Notes: generated by a model not told the origin, from the letters alone. 64,000 nt of DNA from Candidatus Micrarchaeota archaeon (GCA_964643685.1 CAZXTN010000001.1:96001-160000), one strand, 5' to 3'. Positions 27,422-39,389 are shown, counted from the stretch's first letter. A program made the numbers and translations.

Positions 27422-29614
27422 ATGGGAAGAAAAGAACAAATGGCTGAAAAAGTGCACAAAATAATGCACGAACAAGAAAAAATAAGAAACATGGCAATAG
27501 TAGCACACATCGACCACGGAAAAACAACACTATCAGACAACTTAATAGCAGGAGCAGGCTTAATGAGCCAAGAACTAGCAGGCTCAGAAAGAGCAATGGA
27601 CTCCTACGAACTAGAAGCAGAAAGAGGAATCACAATCTTCTCAGCCAACATCTCAATGGTCTACCCATATAAAAACAACGAATACCTCGTGAACTTGATA
27701 GACACTCCAGGACACGTTGACTTCGGAGGAGGAGTAACAAGAGCAATGAGAGCAGTAGACGGAGCAATCGTCGTCGCCTGCGCAGTAGAAGGAGTAATGC
27801 CACAAACAGAAACAGTACTAAGACAAGCACTAAAAGAAAAAGTAAAACCAGTGCTATACATAAACAAAGTAGACAGGGCAATAAATGAACTGCAAATAAG
27901 CCCAGAAGAATTACAAAAAAGATTCGTCAAAATCATAGCAAAAGTAAACAACTTAATAAAAAAATACGCCATCGGCGACTTGAAAGAAAAATGGCAAGTC
28001 AGCGTAAAAGACGGTTCAGTTGCATTCGGAAGCGCTTACCACAACTGGGCATTATCAGCACCAGTAATGCAAGAAACAGGAATAGGATTCAAAGAAGTAT
28101 ACGAACACTGCCAAAACGACACACAAAAAGAACTAGCTAAAAAAATACCAGGATACAAGGCAATCCTAGACATGGCAATAAAACACCTACCAAACCCAAT
28201 AGAAGCACAAAAATACAGAATACCAAACATATGGGCAGGAGACAAAGAATCAGAGATAGGAAAAGACATGCTAACATGCAACAAAAACGGAAAAACAGCT
28301 TTAATGATAACAAGCATATCAATAGACCCACAAGCAGGAGAAATAGCAACAGCAAGAGTCTACTCAGGAACCTTGAAAAAAGGACAAAAACTACATTTAA
28401 TAAACTCAGTAAGAGACGCTGCAATACAACAAATAGGAATATACATGAACGACGGAAGAATCCAAGTACCAGACATACCAGCTGGAAACATAGCAGCAAT
28501 AATAGGATTAAAAGACGCATTCGCAGGAGAAACAGCAGCAGAAGAAAAAATAGAACCATTCGAATCAATCAAACACTACTCAGAACCAGTAGTCACAAAA
28601 TCAATCGAAGCAAAAAACCCAAAAGACCTGCCAAAACTAATAGAAGCATTAAGACAAGTAGCAAAAGAAGACCCAACAGTAAAAGTGCAAATCAACGAAG
28701 AAACAGGAGAACACCTCCTATCAGGAATGGGAGAACTCCACTTAGAAATACTTGAACACGTAATAAGAAAAGACAAAGGAGTAGACATTGAAACATCAAA
28801 CCCAATCGTAGTATACAGAGAAAGCTCAAACAAACTAGGAGACGAAGTAGAAGGAAAATCACCAAACAAACACAACAAATTCTACCTAACAGCAGAACCA
28901 CTCTCAGACAACATATACAACGCAATAGTAGAAGGTGAAATACCAGAAGGAAAAATCAAAAACCCAAAAGAACTAGCAGAAAAACTAAGAAACTTAGGAA
29001 TGGACAAAGACCAAGCAAAAAAAGTATGGCACGTTTACAACCATTGCATGATAATAGACGTTTCAAAAGGAGTACAAAACCTGCATGAAACAAGAGAACT
29101 AGTGATACAAGCATTCAAAGAAGCAATGGACGCAGGGCCACTAGCAAAAGAAAAATGCACAAAAGTACTAATCAAACTACACGACGCAGTCCTACACGAA
29201 GACGCAGTACACAGAGGACCATCACAAGTAATACCAGCAGTAAAAAGAGCAATACTCGCAGCAATACTAAAATCAGACGCAGTGCTCCTAGAACCAAAGC
29301 AAAAACTATTCATCTCAGTACCACAGGATTACATGGGAGCAGTTACAAACGACATACAAGGAAGAAGAGGACAAATCCTCGAAATGAACCAAGAAGAAGA
29401 CGCACTAACAATCCAAGCAAAAGTACCAGTAGCAGAAATGTTCGGATTCGCAGCAGCAATCAGATCAACAACACAAGGAAGAGCACTCTGGTCAACAGAA
29501 TACGCTGGATTTGAAAAAGTACCAAAACAACTGCAACCTCAAATAATAAAACAAATCAGAGAAAGGAAGGGACTAAAACCAGAACCACCAACAGCACAAG
29601 ACTTCCTATCATAA
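27422..29614 (+). CDS. fusA: Elongation factor aEF-2
   Basis: [21 protein letters not shown], diphthamide-site HEDAVHRG. Confidence 0.98.
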   Translation: MGRKEQMAEKVHKIMHEQEKIRNMAIVAHIDHGKTTLSDNLIAGAGLMSQELAGSERAMDSYELEAERGITIFSANISMVYPYKNNEYLVNLIDTPGHVDFGGGVTRAMRAVDGAIVVACAVEGVMPQTETVLRQALKEKVKPVLYINKVDRAINELQISPEELQKRFVKIIAKVNNLIKKYAIGDLKEKWQVSVKDGSVAFGSAYHNWALSAPVMQETGIGFKEVYEHCQNDTQKELAKKIPGYKAILDMAIKHLPNPIEAQKYRIPNIWAGDKESEIGKDMLTCNKNGKTALMITSISIDPQAGEIATARVYSGTLKKGQKLHLINSVRDAAIQQIGIYMNDGRIQVPDIPAGNIAAIIGLKDAFAGETAAEEKIEPFESIKHYSEPVVTKSIEAKNPKDLPKLIEALRQVAKEDPTVKVQINEETGEHLLSGMGELHLEILEHVIRKDKGVDIETSNPIVVYRESSNKLGDEVEGKSPNKHNKFYLTAEPLSDNIYNAIVEGEIPEGKIKNPKELAEKLRNLGMDKDQAKKVWHVYNHCMIIDVSKGVQNLHETRELVIQAFKEAMDAGPLAKEKCTKVLIKLHDAVLHEDAVHRGPSQVIPAVKRAILAAILKSDAVLLEPKQKLFISVPQDYMGAVTNDIQGRRGQILEMNQEEDALTIQAKVPVAEMFGFAAAIRSTTQGRALWSTEYAGFEKVPKQLQPQIIKQIRERKGLKPEPPTAQDFLS

Positions 29615-29657
29615 AAATAATATTAACATATGTTATAAAAAAACGGAGGTAAAAGCC

Positions 29658-30929
<1,272 letters not shown>

Positions 30930-30938
30930 AAAACCCAT

Positions 30939-30968
30939 GAAAAGGAGGTTATTTAAACCTCCTCTTTC
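30939..30968 (+). terminator. Stem-loop after tuf (possible terminator or processing site)
   Basis: AGGAGGTT-ATTTA-AACCTCCT followed by CTTTC. Confidence 0.45.
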
Positions 30969-31014
30969 AAAAAAAATAAACACTTAAAAAAAATAAACCG
31001 GTGAAAAAAACAAC

Positions 31015-31329
31015 ATGAGCCAAATAGCAAGCATAAAACTAGTAAGCCCAGAATACACAAAACTACAGAAAGTAAGCGAAGAAATAAAAGACATAGCTAA
31101 AAGAACAGGCGCAAAAGTAAAAGGGCCAATACCACTGCCAACAAAAAAACTAGTCATACCAACAATGAAATCACCATGCGGAGACGGCTCAAAAACATGG
31201 GAAAAATGGCAAATGAGAGTACACAAAAGACTCATCAACATCGTAGCAGACGAAAGAACACTAAGACAAATAATGAGAATACAAGTCCCAGACCAAGTGC
31301 ACATCGAAATTGAACTAAAATCAGAATAA
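31015..31329 (+). CDS. rps10: 30S ribosomal protein uS10
   Basis: GPIPLPTK, SPCGDGSKTWEKWQMRVHKR. Confidence 0.97.
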   Translation: MSQIASIKLVSPEYTKLQKVSEEIKDIAKRTGAKVKGPIPLPTKKLVIPTMKSPCGDGSKTWEKWQMRVHKRLINIVADERTLRQIMRIQVPDQVHIEIELKSE

Positions 31330-31380
31330 AAAAAAACACAAACTAATTCTTTAAAAAAACAGAAAAGAACAAGCTAATTC

Positions 31381-31388
31381 TTTATAAA
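31381..31388 (+). promoter_or_regulatory. TATA box of tRNA-Ser(TGA)
   Basis: TTTATAAA ending 30 nt upstream of the tRNA start. Confidence 0.65.
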
Positions 31389-31418
31389 CTTCAAATAACA
31401 TTTAGTATTAACATCAAT

Positions 31419-31546
31419 GCAGAGGTGGCAGAGTGGTAATGCGCTGGTTCACTTTCGCTCGGCGAAATGAACGACTGAACGGAGTGAGGCGAGTCTTGAA
31501 AACCAGTGTCCTCCGGGGCGCTAGGGTTCAAATCCCTACCTCTGCG
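31419..31546 (+). tRNA. tRNA-Ser(TGA) with anticodon-stem intron (~30/31; 31448-31493, 46 nt)
   Basis: GCAGAGG/CCTCTGC-G; spliced CTGGT-CT-TGA-AA-ACCAG; long variable arm; BHB CGCT/GGCG with GGT and AGT bulges. Confidence 0.92.
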
Positions 31547-31560
31547 CTTTACTTTTATAA

Positions 31561-31646
31561 TTTTACAGATTAAGTTGGTTACAAAATGAAATCAATCGCA
31601 AATAAAAGACATGAAGGCTCAAACTTTCATTTTTTATCTGTGAAAA
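31561..31646 (+). repeat. TCAATCGC...GCTCAA hairpin module upstream of Nudix gene
   Basis: Stems TTTTACAGAT/ATCTGTGAAA and AAAATGAAA/TTTCATTTT; relatives at 18122-18154 and 58459-58508. Confidence 0.8.
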
Positions 31647-31661
31647 TGGATGGTTAAAAAA

Positions 31662-32117
31662 ATGAAATACGAGTTGTTCAGAACATTTTTGAAAATCTGC
31701 AGGCACGAGTTTCCATTAGTAGGCGCAACTGCAATAATAACAAACAAGAAAAAAGAAGTGCTGTTAAGTAGAAGGAAAAAAAGCGGGTTGTTTTATCCTG
31801 GTTATTGGAACCTCCCAGGGGGCTTGATTGAAATAGGAGAAACAGCAACAAAAGCCCTTAAAAGAGAAGTAAAAGAAGAGATAGGAGTAGACATAAAAGT
31901 GAAAAAATACACTGGAAGGTATTATGAAAAAAATTTAATTAGAAACAAGAAAATATATTCTACAATTACCCTTCCTTTCTACGCAGAGATAATAAGAGGA
32001 GTTCCAAAACCGCTTGACGAAACAATTGACGTGAAATGGTTCAAACCAAGCGAAATAAGAAAAATGAAATTAGCTTACAATCATAAGGAAATATTAAAAG
32101 ACGAAAAAATAATTTAA
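31662..32117 (+). CDS. Nudix hydrolase
   Basis: Nudix box WNLPGGLIEIGETATKALKREVKEEIG. Confidence 0.93.
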   Translation: MKYELFRTFLKICRHEFPLVGATAIITNKKKEVLLSRRKKSGLFYPGYWNLPGGLIEIGETATKALKREVKEEIGVDIKVKKYTGRYYEKNLIRNKKIYSTITLPFYAEIIRGVPKPLDETIDVKWFKPSEIRKMKLAYNHKEILKDEKII

Positions 32118-32128
32118 AGGATATAAAA

Positions 32129-32185
32129 ATGTATGAACTTTTTGAACACAAGCAAACAAACTTGTTTGTTTGCGGTGTCGAATAA
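32129..32185 (+). pseudogene. Relic copy of archease first 7 codons fused to a hairpin (18-codon mini-ORF)
   Basis: ATGTATGAACTTTTTGAACAC (MYELFEH) versus gene ATGTACGAATTATTCGAACAC; then GCAAACAAA-CTTG-TTTGTTTGC. Confidence 0.7.
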
Positions 32186-32199
32186 TGAGGGATAAGGTT

Positions 32200-32613
32200 A
32201 TGTACGAATTATTCGAACACACGGCTGACATAGGCGTGCGCGGATATGGAAAAACAATTGAAGAAGCATTTGAAGAAACAGCAAAAGCAATGACATCAAT
32301 ACTAGTAGACCTGGACACAATCGAAGAAAAAAAGACAATTAAAATAGAAGCAGAAGCAGACACCCCTGAAGAACTTCTATTCGAATGGCTGAATGAAATA
32401 CTAGCACAAATAGACATTGAAGGGATGATATTTAAAAAATTCAAAATAACAAAACTAAAAAACAACAAGCTGGAAGCAGAGTTGACAGGCGAACAACTTT
32501 CACCTGAAAAACACCACACTAAAACGCAAGTAAAAGCAGCTACTTATTCACAGCTAAAAGTATACAAAGATGAAAACGGGCGCTGGATAAGCCAATGCAT
32601 CGTAGACGTCTAA
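32200..32613 (+). CDS. Archease
   Basis: YELFEHTADIG, VKAATY, C-terminal IVDV; directly upstream of rtcB. Confidence 0.95.
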   Translation: MYELFEHTADIGVRGYGKTIEEAFEETAKAMTSILVDLDTIEEKKTIKIEAEADTPEELLFEWLNEILAQIDIEGMIFKKFKITKLKNNKLEAELTGEQLSPEKHHTKTQVKAATYSQLKVYKDENGRWISQCIVDV

Positions 32614-32646
32614 AAAAAATCAAAAAAATTGGAGGTGTGCGGAAGT

Positions 32647-34080
32647 ATGGACTTAGCACAATTAAACAAAATATCAGAATACGAATGGGAAATAGAGCAA
32701 ACAGGAAACATGAACGTACCTGGAAAAATATTCGCTTCACAGTCACTAGTTGAAGCAATGGGAGACAAGGTAAAAGAACAGATTCAAAACGTGGCCCAAT
32801 TGCCAGGAATACAAAAAGCAGCAATGGCAATGCCAGACGCCCACTGGGGCTACGGGTTCCCAATAGGAGGAGTAGCAGCATTTGACCCTGAAGAAGGAGG
32901 AGTCATCTGCATGGGAGGAGTTGGCTACGACATCTCATGCGGAGTAAGGACACTTAAAACAAACATGACACTGGAGGAAATACAGCCTTACTTAGAGCCG
33001 CTAGCAGATGAATTATTTAAAACAGTACCAGCAGGGCTCGGAGTGCATGGAAAAATAAAATTAAACGTCGAGCAATTAGATGAAGTTTTAGTAAACGGAG
33101 CAGAATGGGTTATTGAAAAAGGATATGGCTTAGAAGAAGACTTGGAATACACTGAAGAAAGGGGAAAAATGGGAGGAGCAGACCCAACAAAAGTTTCATA
33201 CAAAGCAAAAAAAAGACAATTTAAAGAGATAGGAACACTCGGCTCAGGAAACCATTACCTAGAAATACAATACGTTGATGAAATCTATGATGAAAAAATA
33301 GCAAAAATGTATGGATTGGAAAAAAACCAAATAGTAATTTCACTGCATTGCGGTTCAAGAGCACTCGGACACCAAATAGGAGTTGATTACACAAAAACGC
33401 TGACAGAAGCAGCTGAAAAATACAAGCTAAATCTACCAGACAAAGAATTGGCAGCAGCTCCAATCAACTCGCCAGAAGGACAAGATTACTACGCTGCAAT
33501 GAAAGCAGGAGTAAACACAGCACTTGCAAACAGGCAAGTGATAGGTCACTTGGCAAGAACAGCATTTGAAAAAATAGTTCCAAACAGCGAAGTAAAAATG
33601 TTCTATGACATTTCACACAACACATGCAAAGAAGAAGAACATGTGATCGGCAACAAGAAAAAGAAATTATTCGTGCACAGGAAAGGGGCGACAAGAGCAT
33701 TCGGCCCAGGCAGAAAAGAACTGCCAAAAAAATACATGCAAGCAGGACAGCCAGTATTAATAGGCGGAACAATGGGAACATCTTCTTTCATTTTAGCTGG
33801 AACAGAAGAAGGAACTGAAAAAACATTCGGAAGCGCCTGCCACGGAGCAGGGAGAGGAATGAGCAGGAAACAAGCTAAAAAACAATTCCACGGAGAAAGC
33901 ATAGTAAGCCAGTTGAAACAGCAGCAGAAGATAATAGTAAAAGCCCATTCAGCAGCAGGAGTAGCTGAAGAAGCGCCAGGAGCTTATAAGAATGTAGAGG
34001 AAGTGGTAAATTCCGTGCATTACACTGGCTTAGCTAAAAAAATAATCCGCTTAAAGCCACTAATAAACATTAAAGGATGA
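32647..34080 (+). CDS. rtcB: RNA-splicing ligase RtcB
   Basis: MPDAHWGYGFPIG, GYDISCG, GSGNHY, HCGSR, HRKGAT, CHGAGR, EEAPGAYK. Confidence 0.97.
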   Translation: MDLAQLNKISEYEWEIEQTGNMNVPGKIFASQSLVEAMGDKVKEQIQNVAQLPGIQKAAMAMPDAHWGYGFPIGGVAAFDPEEGGVICMGGVGYDISCGVRTLKTNMTLEEIQPYLEPLADELFKTVPAGLGVHGKIKLNVEQLDEVLVNGAEWVIEKGYGLEEDLEYTEERGKMGGADPTKVSYKAKKRQFKEIGTLGSGNHYLEIQYVDEIYDEKIAKMYGLEKNQIVISLHCGSRALGHQIGVDYTKTLTEAAEKYKLNLPDKELAAAPINSPEGQDYYAAMKAGVNTALANRQVIGHLARTAFEKIVPNSEVKMFYDISHNTCKEEEHVIGNKKKKLFVHRKGATRAFGPGRKELPKKYMQAGQPVLIGGTMGTSSFILAGTEEGTEKTFGSACHGAGRGMSRKQAKKQFHGESIVSQLKQQQKIIVKAHSAAGVAEEAPGAYKNVEEVVNSVHYTGLAKKIIRLKPLINIKG

Positions 34081-34102
34081 AAAGCAGAAAGTAACAATAA
34101 CC

Positions 34103-34110
34103 TTTATAAA
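34103..34110 (+). promoter_or_regulatory. TATA box of the rpl3 superoperon (long leader)
   Basis: TTTATAAA about 200 nt upstream of the rpl3 ATG. Confidence 0.55.
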
Positions 34111-34306
34111 TAAGTCGGATTACAAATTATAACACCTACTTATGGTAAAACATGGTAGTCCGGCACTTTAAGGTTGTTTATTTTTTAAACCTGAGGCGTA
34201 TTTTTCAAAACGCTTGAATTTCAAAACTAGCAAGCTTCATGCTTACAAAAAATTAACTCAAAAAAAATCAAAGCATTGAATTAAAATTAATTGGTGAAAA
34301 AATCAA

Positions 34307-35296
34307 ATGGGAAAAAGAACAGGACCAAGACACGGTTCAAAAGCATTTTATCCAAGGGGAAAAGCTAAAAGGCAGTACGTTACAATAAACTCATACCCAG
34401 AATCAAGTAAAGCAAAGCTTCTCGGCTTTCCAGCTTACAAGGCAGGAATGACAAGAGCAATTGCAACTGAAACATATGAGCATTCTCCAAAATACGGAAA
34501 AGAAGTTGCAATACCAGTGACAATCCTAGAAGCACCACCAGTGTACGTATTTGCAGTAAGGCTTTATGAAAAAACAGCAGAAGGATTGAAAGCATTAACA
34601 GAAATTTACGCTGAAAAATTACCTAAAGAACTTGGAAGAAAAATAATCCTGCCTAAAAAATACGACTCTAAAAAAGAACTGGAAGAAGCTGAAAAACTCA
34701 TTGAAAAAACAGCTGAAATAAGAGCAGTTGTATGCACTCAGCCTAAAAAAATAAAACTCAAAAAAACACCTGAAATAATTGAAATAAAAATAGGCGGAGC
34801 AATAGAAGAAGCCTGGAATTACGCCAAAGAAAAGCTCGGAAAAGAAGTTCAAGCAAAAGAAGTCTTCGAAGAAGAAGGAAAAATGCTTGACATTGCAGGA
34901 GTAACAAAAGGAAAAGGAACACAAGGGCCAGTTAAAAGATTTGGAATAAAAGTACAAAGAAGAAAAGCACACGGCCACAGGAGACACCCAGGAGCAATTG
35001 GAGCATGGCACCCAGCAAGAGTACTATGGACCGCGCCAATGGCAGGACAAATGGGATATCAAAGGAGAACAGAACTCAACAAGCAACTTCTGAAAATAGG
35101 TGAAGATGGAAAAGAAGTAACACCAAAAGGAGGATTCACAAACTACGGAGAAGTAAACTCACCATACATCATGATAAAAGGTTCAATACCAGGGCCAAAA
35201 AAAAGACTGGTAATGACAAGAGAAGCAATCAGGAAACAAAAAGAAAAACCACTGCCAGCAATCAAAGAAATAATAACACAATCACAACAAGGATGA
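34307..35296 (+). CDS. rpl3: 50S ribosomal protein uL3
   Basis: PRHGS..FYPR, YKAGMT, TKGKGTQGPVKRFG. Confidence 0.97.
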   Translation: MGKRTGPRHGSKAFYPRGKAKRQYVTINSYPESSKAKLLGFPAYKAGMTRAIATETYEHSPKYGKEVAIPVTILEAPPVYVFAVRLYEKTAEGLKALTEIYAEKLPKELGRKIILPKKYDSKKELEEAEKLIEKTAEIRAVVCTQPKKIKLKKTPEIIEIKIGGAIEEAWNYAKEKLGKEVQAKEVFEEEGKMLDIAGVTKGKGTQGPVKRFGIKVQRRKAHGHRRHPGAIGAWHPARVLWTAPMAGQMGYQRRTELNKQLLKIGEDGKEVTPKGGFTNYGEVNSPYIMIKGSIPGPKKRLVMTREAIRKQKEKPLPAIKEIITQSQQG

Positions 35297-35339
35297 AGGG
35301 AAAATCAAACCCTTTCATTTGAAAGAAAAGTGAATGAAA

Positions 35340-36134
35340 ATGAAAGCAATTGTATATGACATTGAAGGAAAAGAAAAAGAAGAAATAGAACTGCCAGAAA
35401 CATTTGAAGAAGCAGTACGCCCAGACATAATCAAAAGAGCATTCTTATCAATACGTTCAAAAGCATACCAAATCAAAGGAACAGACCCACTTGCAGGACT
35501 AAGGACATCAGCAACATACATCTCCAGAAGAAAAAGAGTATACAGGACAGCAATGAACATCGGAAGAGCAAGAGTAACAAGAATAAAAGAACCAGAAGCA
35601 AGATGGGGAGCAGCAAGAAGAGCATCACACGTAGTAAAAGGAAGAAGAGCACACCCACCAAAAGCAGAAAAAAAAATACAAGAAAAAATAAACAAGAAAG
35701 AAAACAAGAAAGCAATACGCTCAGCAATATCAGCAACAGGAATAATAGAATGGGTGAAAAAAAGAGGACACTTAATCACAAAAATAAAACAACTGCCAAT
35801 AATAATAGAAGACAAATTCCAAGAAATCAAAAAAACAAAAGAAGCAAGAGAAGTGCTAAAAAAATTAAACCTCGAAGAGGACATAAAAAGAGCAGAGAAG
35901 AAAAAAATAAAAGCAGGAAAAGGAAAAACAAGAGGAAGAAAATACAAAAAGAAAAAATCAATACTAATAGTGATAAAAGAAGACAAAGGAATCAAAAAAG
36001 CAGCAAAAAACATACCAGGAGTAGAAATAGCAGAAGTGAAAGAACTTAATGCAGAACTGCTAGCACCAGGAGGACAACCAGGAAGACTCACAATATACAC
36101 AAAATCAGCAATAGAAGAAATCAAAAAAATGTGA
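35340..36134 (+). CDS. rpl4: 50S ribosomal protein uL4
   Basis: RPDIIKRA, KGRRAHPPK, LLAPGG.PGRLT. Confidence 0.96.
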   Translation: MKAIVYDIEGKEKEEIELPETFEEAVRPDIIKRAFLSIRSKAYQIKGTDPLAGLRTSATYISRRKRVYRTAMNIGRARVTRIKEPEARWGAARRASHVVKGRRAHPPKAEKKIQEKINKKENKKAIRSAISATGIIEWVKKRGHLITKIKQLPIIIEDKFQEIKKTKEAREVLKKLNLEEDIKRAEKKKIKAGKGKTRGRKYKKKKSILIVIKEDKGIKKAAKNIPGVEIAEVKELNAELLAPGGQPGRLTIYTKSAIEEIKKM

Positions 36135-36141
36135 TTGAAAA

Positions 36142-36390
36142 ATGATAATAAAATACCCTTTACTAACAGAAAAAGCAGTAGGGCTCATTGAAAAAGAAAA
36201 TAAAATAGCATTCATAGTCGACAAAAACGCCAACAAAGAAGAGATAAAAAAAGAAGTGGAAGAAAAATACGGCGTAAAAGTAGAAAAAGTAACAGTAGTA
36301 AATACTATGAAAGGAAGAAAAAAAGCATACATAAAGCTAAAGCCTGAATTCAAAGCAACAGACTTGGCTTTAAAACTCAAGATAATTTAA
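36142..36390 (+). CDS. rpl23: 50S ribosomal protein uL23
   Basis: [15 protein letters not shown]. Confidence 0.96.
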   Translation: MIIKYPLLTEKAVGLIEKENKIAFIVDKNANKEEIKKEVEEKYGVKVEKVTVVNTMKGRKKAYIKLKPEFKATDLALKLKII

Positions 36391-36403
36391 GGATGGTTGA
36401 AAA

Positions 36404-37114
36404 ATGGGAAAACCACTGATGACACAAAGAAGAGGAAAAGGAAGCCCAAGCTTCAAAGCACCTTCACACAGGTTCAAAACAGAAGCAAAATACAAAAAAG
36501 ACGCTGAAGAAACAATTAAAGCAGAAGTAATGGGATTCATAGACGACCCAGCAAGAACAACACTGTTAATGAAACTAAGATACGAAGATGGAGAAGAAGT
36601 GCTAATACCAGCTCCGGAAGGAATCAAAAAAGGAGACGAAATAGAACAAGGGGAAAAAGCAAAAATTAAAATCGGAAGCATCCTTCCTCTTGAAAAAATA
36701 CCAGAAGGATACCCAGTATTCAACATAGAATTAAGAGCAGGAGACGGTGGAAAAATATCACGCTCATCAGGAGCAGTATGCTATATAATATCAAAAGACA
36801 AGAAAAACGTGACAGTAAAACTGCCATCAGGCAGATTAAAAAAATTCCCTCTAAAAGCAAGGGCAACAATCGGAAACGCAGCAGGAGGAGGAAGAACAAA
36901 AAAACCAATGCTAAAAGCAGGAATTAAAAGAAAAAAGAGGAAAGCGAGGGGACAGCTCTACCCAATAGTAAGAGGAGTAAAAATGAACCCAATTGAACAC
37001 CCATACGGAGGAAAAGAACACCACGGTGCAAAACAAAGAAAAGGAAAAGGAGGAGCGCCAGGACAGCACGTCGGTTCATTCGGAGCAAAGAGAACAGGAA
37101 GAAGGAAAAAGTAA
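36404..37114 (+). CDS. rpl2: 50S ribosomal protein uL2
   Basis: QRRGKGSP, VRGVKMNPIEHPYGG. Confidence 0.97.
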   Translation: MGKPLMTQRRGKGSPSFKAPSHRFKTEAKYKKDAEETIKAEVMGFIDDPARTTLLMKLRYEDGEEVLIPAPEGIKKGDEIEQGEKAKIKIGSILPLEKIPEGYPVFNIELRAGDGGKISRSSGAVCYIISKDKKNVTVKLPSGRLKKFPLKARATIGNAAGGGRTKKPMLKAGIKRKKRKARGQLYPIVRGVKMNPIEHPYGGKEHHGAKQRKGKGGAPGQHVGSFGAKRTGRRKK

Positions 37115-37126
37115 GAGTGGTAATAA

Positions 37127-37516
37127 ATGGCTAAAAAAGAATTCACATACAGAGGAAAAAAACTTGAAGAGCTTCAAAAAATGGACTTGGAGCAATTCGC
37201 AGAATTACTGCCAGCAGCGCAAAGAAGAAAAATCAAAAGAGGACTGAAAGAAGTTGAGAAAAAATTAATAAAAGAAGCTGAAAAACACAAAGGACACAAG
37301 CCAATAAGAACACACGCAAGAGACATGATAATAATTCCACAATTCGTTGGAAAAAAATTCGCAATACACAACGGAAAAGAATGGAATATCGTTGAAATAG
37401 CCCCTGAAATGATAGGACATGTAATGGGTGAATTTTCATTAACAAGAAAGAAAGTAAGCCACTCAGGACCAGGAATAGGAGCAACAAGAGGAACAAAATT
37501 CACATCAGTAAAATAA
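37127..37516 (+). CDS. rps19: 30S ribosomal protein uS19
   Basis: RTHARDM, HNGK, MIGH..GEFS.TRK. Confidence 0.97.
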   Translation: MAKKEFTYRGKKLEELQKMDLEQFAELLPAAQRRKIKRGLKEVEKKLIKEAEKHKGHKPIRTHARDMIIIPQFVGKKFAIHNGKEWNIVEIAPEMIGHVMGEFSLTRKKVSHSGPGIGATRGTKFTSVK

Positions 37517-37532
37517 AATAAGTGATTGAAAA

Positions 37533-37967
37533 ATGCCATACTCATACCAGAAATCAGAGAAAAAAACAGCAAAAGCATACGGAAAAGAAATAAACGTGTC
37601 ATGGAAACAATGCAATGAAGTATGCAATTTCATTAAAGGAAAAAATGTAAACAAAGCAATAAAGTACCTCGAAAAAGTCACAAAAAAAGAAGAATTCATA
37701 CCATACAGGAGGTACGTAAAAGGAGTTGGACACAGGACAGGAGGACAAATAGGAAGATACCCAGTAAAAGCATCAAAAATAATAATAAAACTCCTTGAAA
37801 ACGCAAAAGCAAATGCAGAATTCAAAAACTTAGAAGCTGATAAAATGAAAATAGAACACGCATCAGCATACAAAGCAATGACGCTTGACAGAATAAAGCC
37901 GAAAGGGAGAGCAAAAACACACAACATTGAATTGACAAACATTGAAATAGTTTTAAAAGAGGCATAA
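37533..37967 (+). CDS. rpl22: 50S ribosomal protein uL22
   Basis: GRYPVKA, LLENAKANAE. Confidence 0.96.
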   Translation: MPYSYQKSEKKTAKAYGKEINVSWKQCNEVCNFIKGKNVNKAIKYLEKVTKKEEFIPYRRYVKGVGHRTGGQIGRYPVKASKIIIKLLENAKANAEFKNLEADKMKIEHASAYKAMTLDRIKPKGRAKTHNIELTNIEIVLKEA

Positions 37968-37971
37968 GAAA

Positions 37972-38859
37972 ATGATTGAAAAAAAATTCATAAAAGAAGC
38001 AATGAAGCGCTTGAAAGCAAAGCAATACATTGAAAAAAACCTTGAAAGAGCAGGAGTAGTTGACGTCAAAATTCAAAGGACAACAATGGCAACAAGAATA
38101 GGCATAATCGCAGAAAGGCCAGGCTTAGTTATAGGGAGAAAAGGAGCAGGCATAAAAGACATAGGCGAACAAATAGAAAAAGAGCTTGGAATAGAAAACC
38201 CACAAATAGAAGTCACAGACGTCAGAAAACCTAACCTTGAACCAAAAGTCATAGCAAATTACATCAAAAGCGCTTTAGAAAGAGGAAACAAGCCAAGAAA
38301 AGTAGCAAAATACGCTCTGTCAAGAATAATGAAAGCAGGAGCAATGGGAGCAGAAGTAATAATCAAAGGAACATCAGGAAAAGGAGGCAGAAGCAGAAAA
38401 GAAAGAGCCTTCGCAGGATACATGAAAAAAGCAGGAGATTCAGTAAAACAAGTAAAAGAAGCAAAAGAACAAGCAAAACTAAAACAAGGAGCACTTGGAA
38501 TAATAGTAAGAATAGTACCACCAGAAGTAATATTCCCGGACAAAATAGAAATCAAAAAAACAGGGCTTGAAGAAATCACAGAAGAAATAAAACCAACACT
38601 AGAAGAAAAACAAGCAGCTGAAATAGCAACAGAAAGCAAAGGAATAGAAGAAATAGCAGAAGAAGTAAAACCAACAAAAGCAGAAGAAAAAACAACAAAA
38701 GAAACACTAAAAGAAACAGCTGAAAAAACAATAGAAGAAGAAAAAAAAGAAAAAAAGAAAAAAACACCTGCAAAAGCAAAAGAAAAAACAGAAGAAAAAA
38801 AGACATCAACAAAAAAGAAAACAACAAAGAAAAAAACAAAAAAAGAAGAAAAAGAATGA
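37972..38859 (+). CDS. rps3: 30S ribosomal protein uS3 with long charged C-tail
   Basis: RPGLVIGRKG KH motif, AGAMGAEV; ~100 aa E/K/T-rich extension. Confidence 0.96.
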   Translation: MIEKKFIKEAMKRLKAKQYIEKNLERAGVVDVKIQRTTMATRIGIIAERPGLVIGRKGAGIKDIGEQIEKELGIENPQIEVTDVRKPNLEPKVIANYIKSALERGNKPRKVAKYALSRIMKAGAMGAEVIIKGTSGKGGRSRKERAFAGYMKKAGDSVKQVKEAKEQAKLKQGALGIIVRIVPPEVIFPDKIEIKKTGLEEITEEIKPTLEEKQAAEIATESKGIEEIAEEVKPTKAEEKTTKETLKETAEKTIEEEKKEKKKKTPAKAKEKTEEKKTSTKKKTTKKKTKKEEKE

Positions 38860-38865
38860 TGCTTA

Positions 38866-39087
38866 ATGGCAATATACAAAGCAAAAGAATTAAGAGCAAT
38901 GACAAAAGAAGAGCTTAATGAAAAGCTCCAGCAACTTGAAACAGAGTTAGGAAGAGAAAAAGGAGCAGTAGCAAGCGGAACAAAACCAGAAAATCCTGGA
39001 AAAATAAGAGAAATGAGAAAAACAATAGCAAGAATACTTACAATAATGAAAGAAAAGCAAAAACTAGAGGTGAAGCCCAAGAAATGA
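38866..39087 (+). CDS. rpl29: 50S ribosomal protein uL29
   Basis: NPGKIREMRKTIARILT. Confidence 0.95.
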   Translation: MAIYKAKELRAMTKEELNEKLQQLETELGREKGAVASGTKPENPGKIREMRKTIARILTIMKEKQKLEVKPKK

Positions 39088-39389
39088 GTAACATATGCCC
39101 AAAATGCGGGCTGCCAAAAGACATATGCGTCTGCGACGAAATAACAAAAGACAAAGAGAAAATAAAGATAAAAATCGAGCAGAAAAAATACAGAAAAAAA
39201 TACACGATCATAGAAGGATTTGACAAAGACACAGACATCAAAAAAATAGCAAAAGAACTTAAAAACAAACTCGCATGCGGAGGAACAGCAAAAGAGAAAC
39301 ACATCGAACTACAAGGAGACCACAGAGACAAAGTCAAACAAATCCTCTTAAAAATGAACTACACAGAAGAACAAATTGATGTTCAATGA
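39084..39389 (+). CDS. Translation initiation factor aIF1 (SUI1)
   Basis: CPKCGLP.DICVC, LACGGT, IELQGDH. Confidence 0.95.
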   Translation: MSNICPKCGLPKDICVCDEITKDKEKIKIKIEQKKYRKKYTIIEGFDKDTDIKKIAKELKNKLACGGTAKEKHIELQGDHRDKVKQILLKMNYTEEQIDVQ

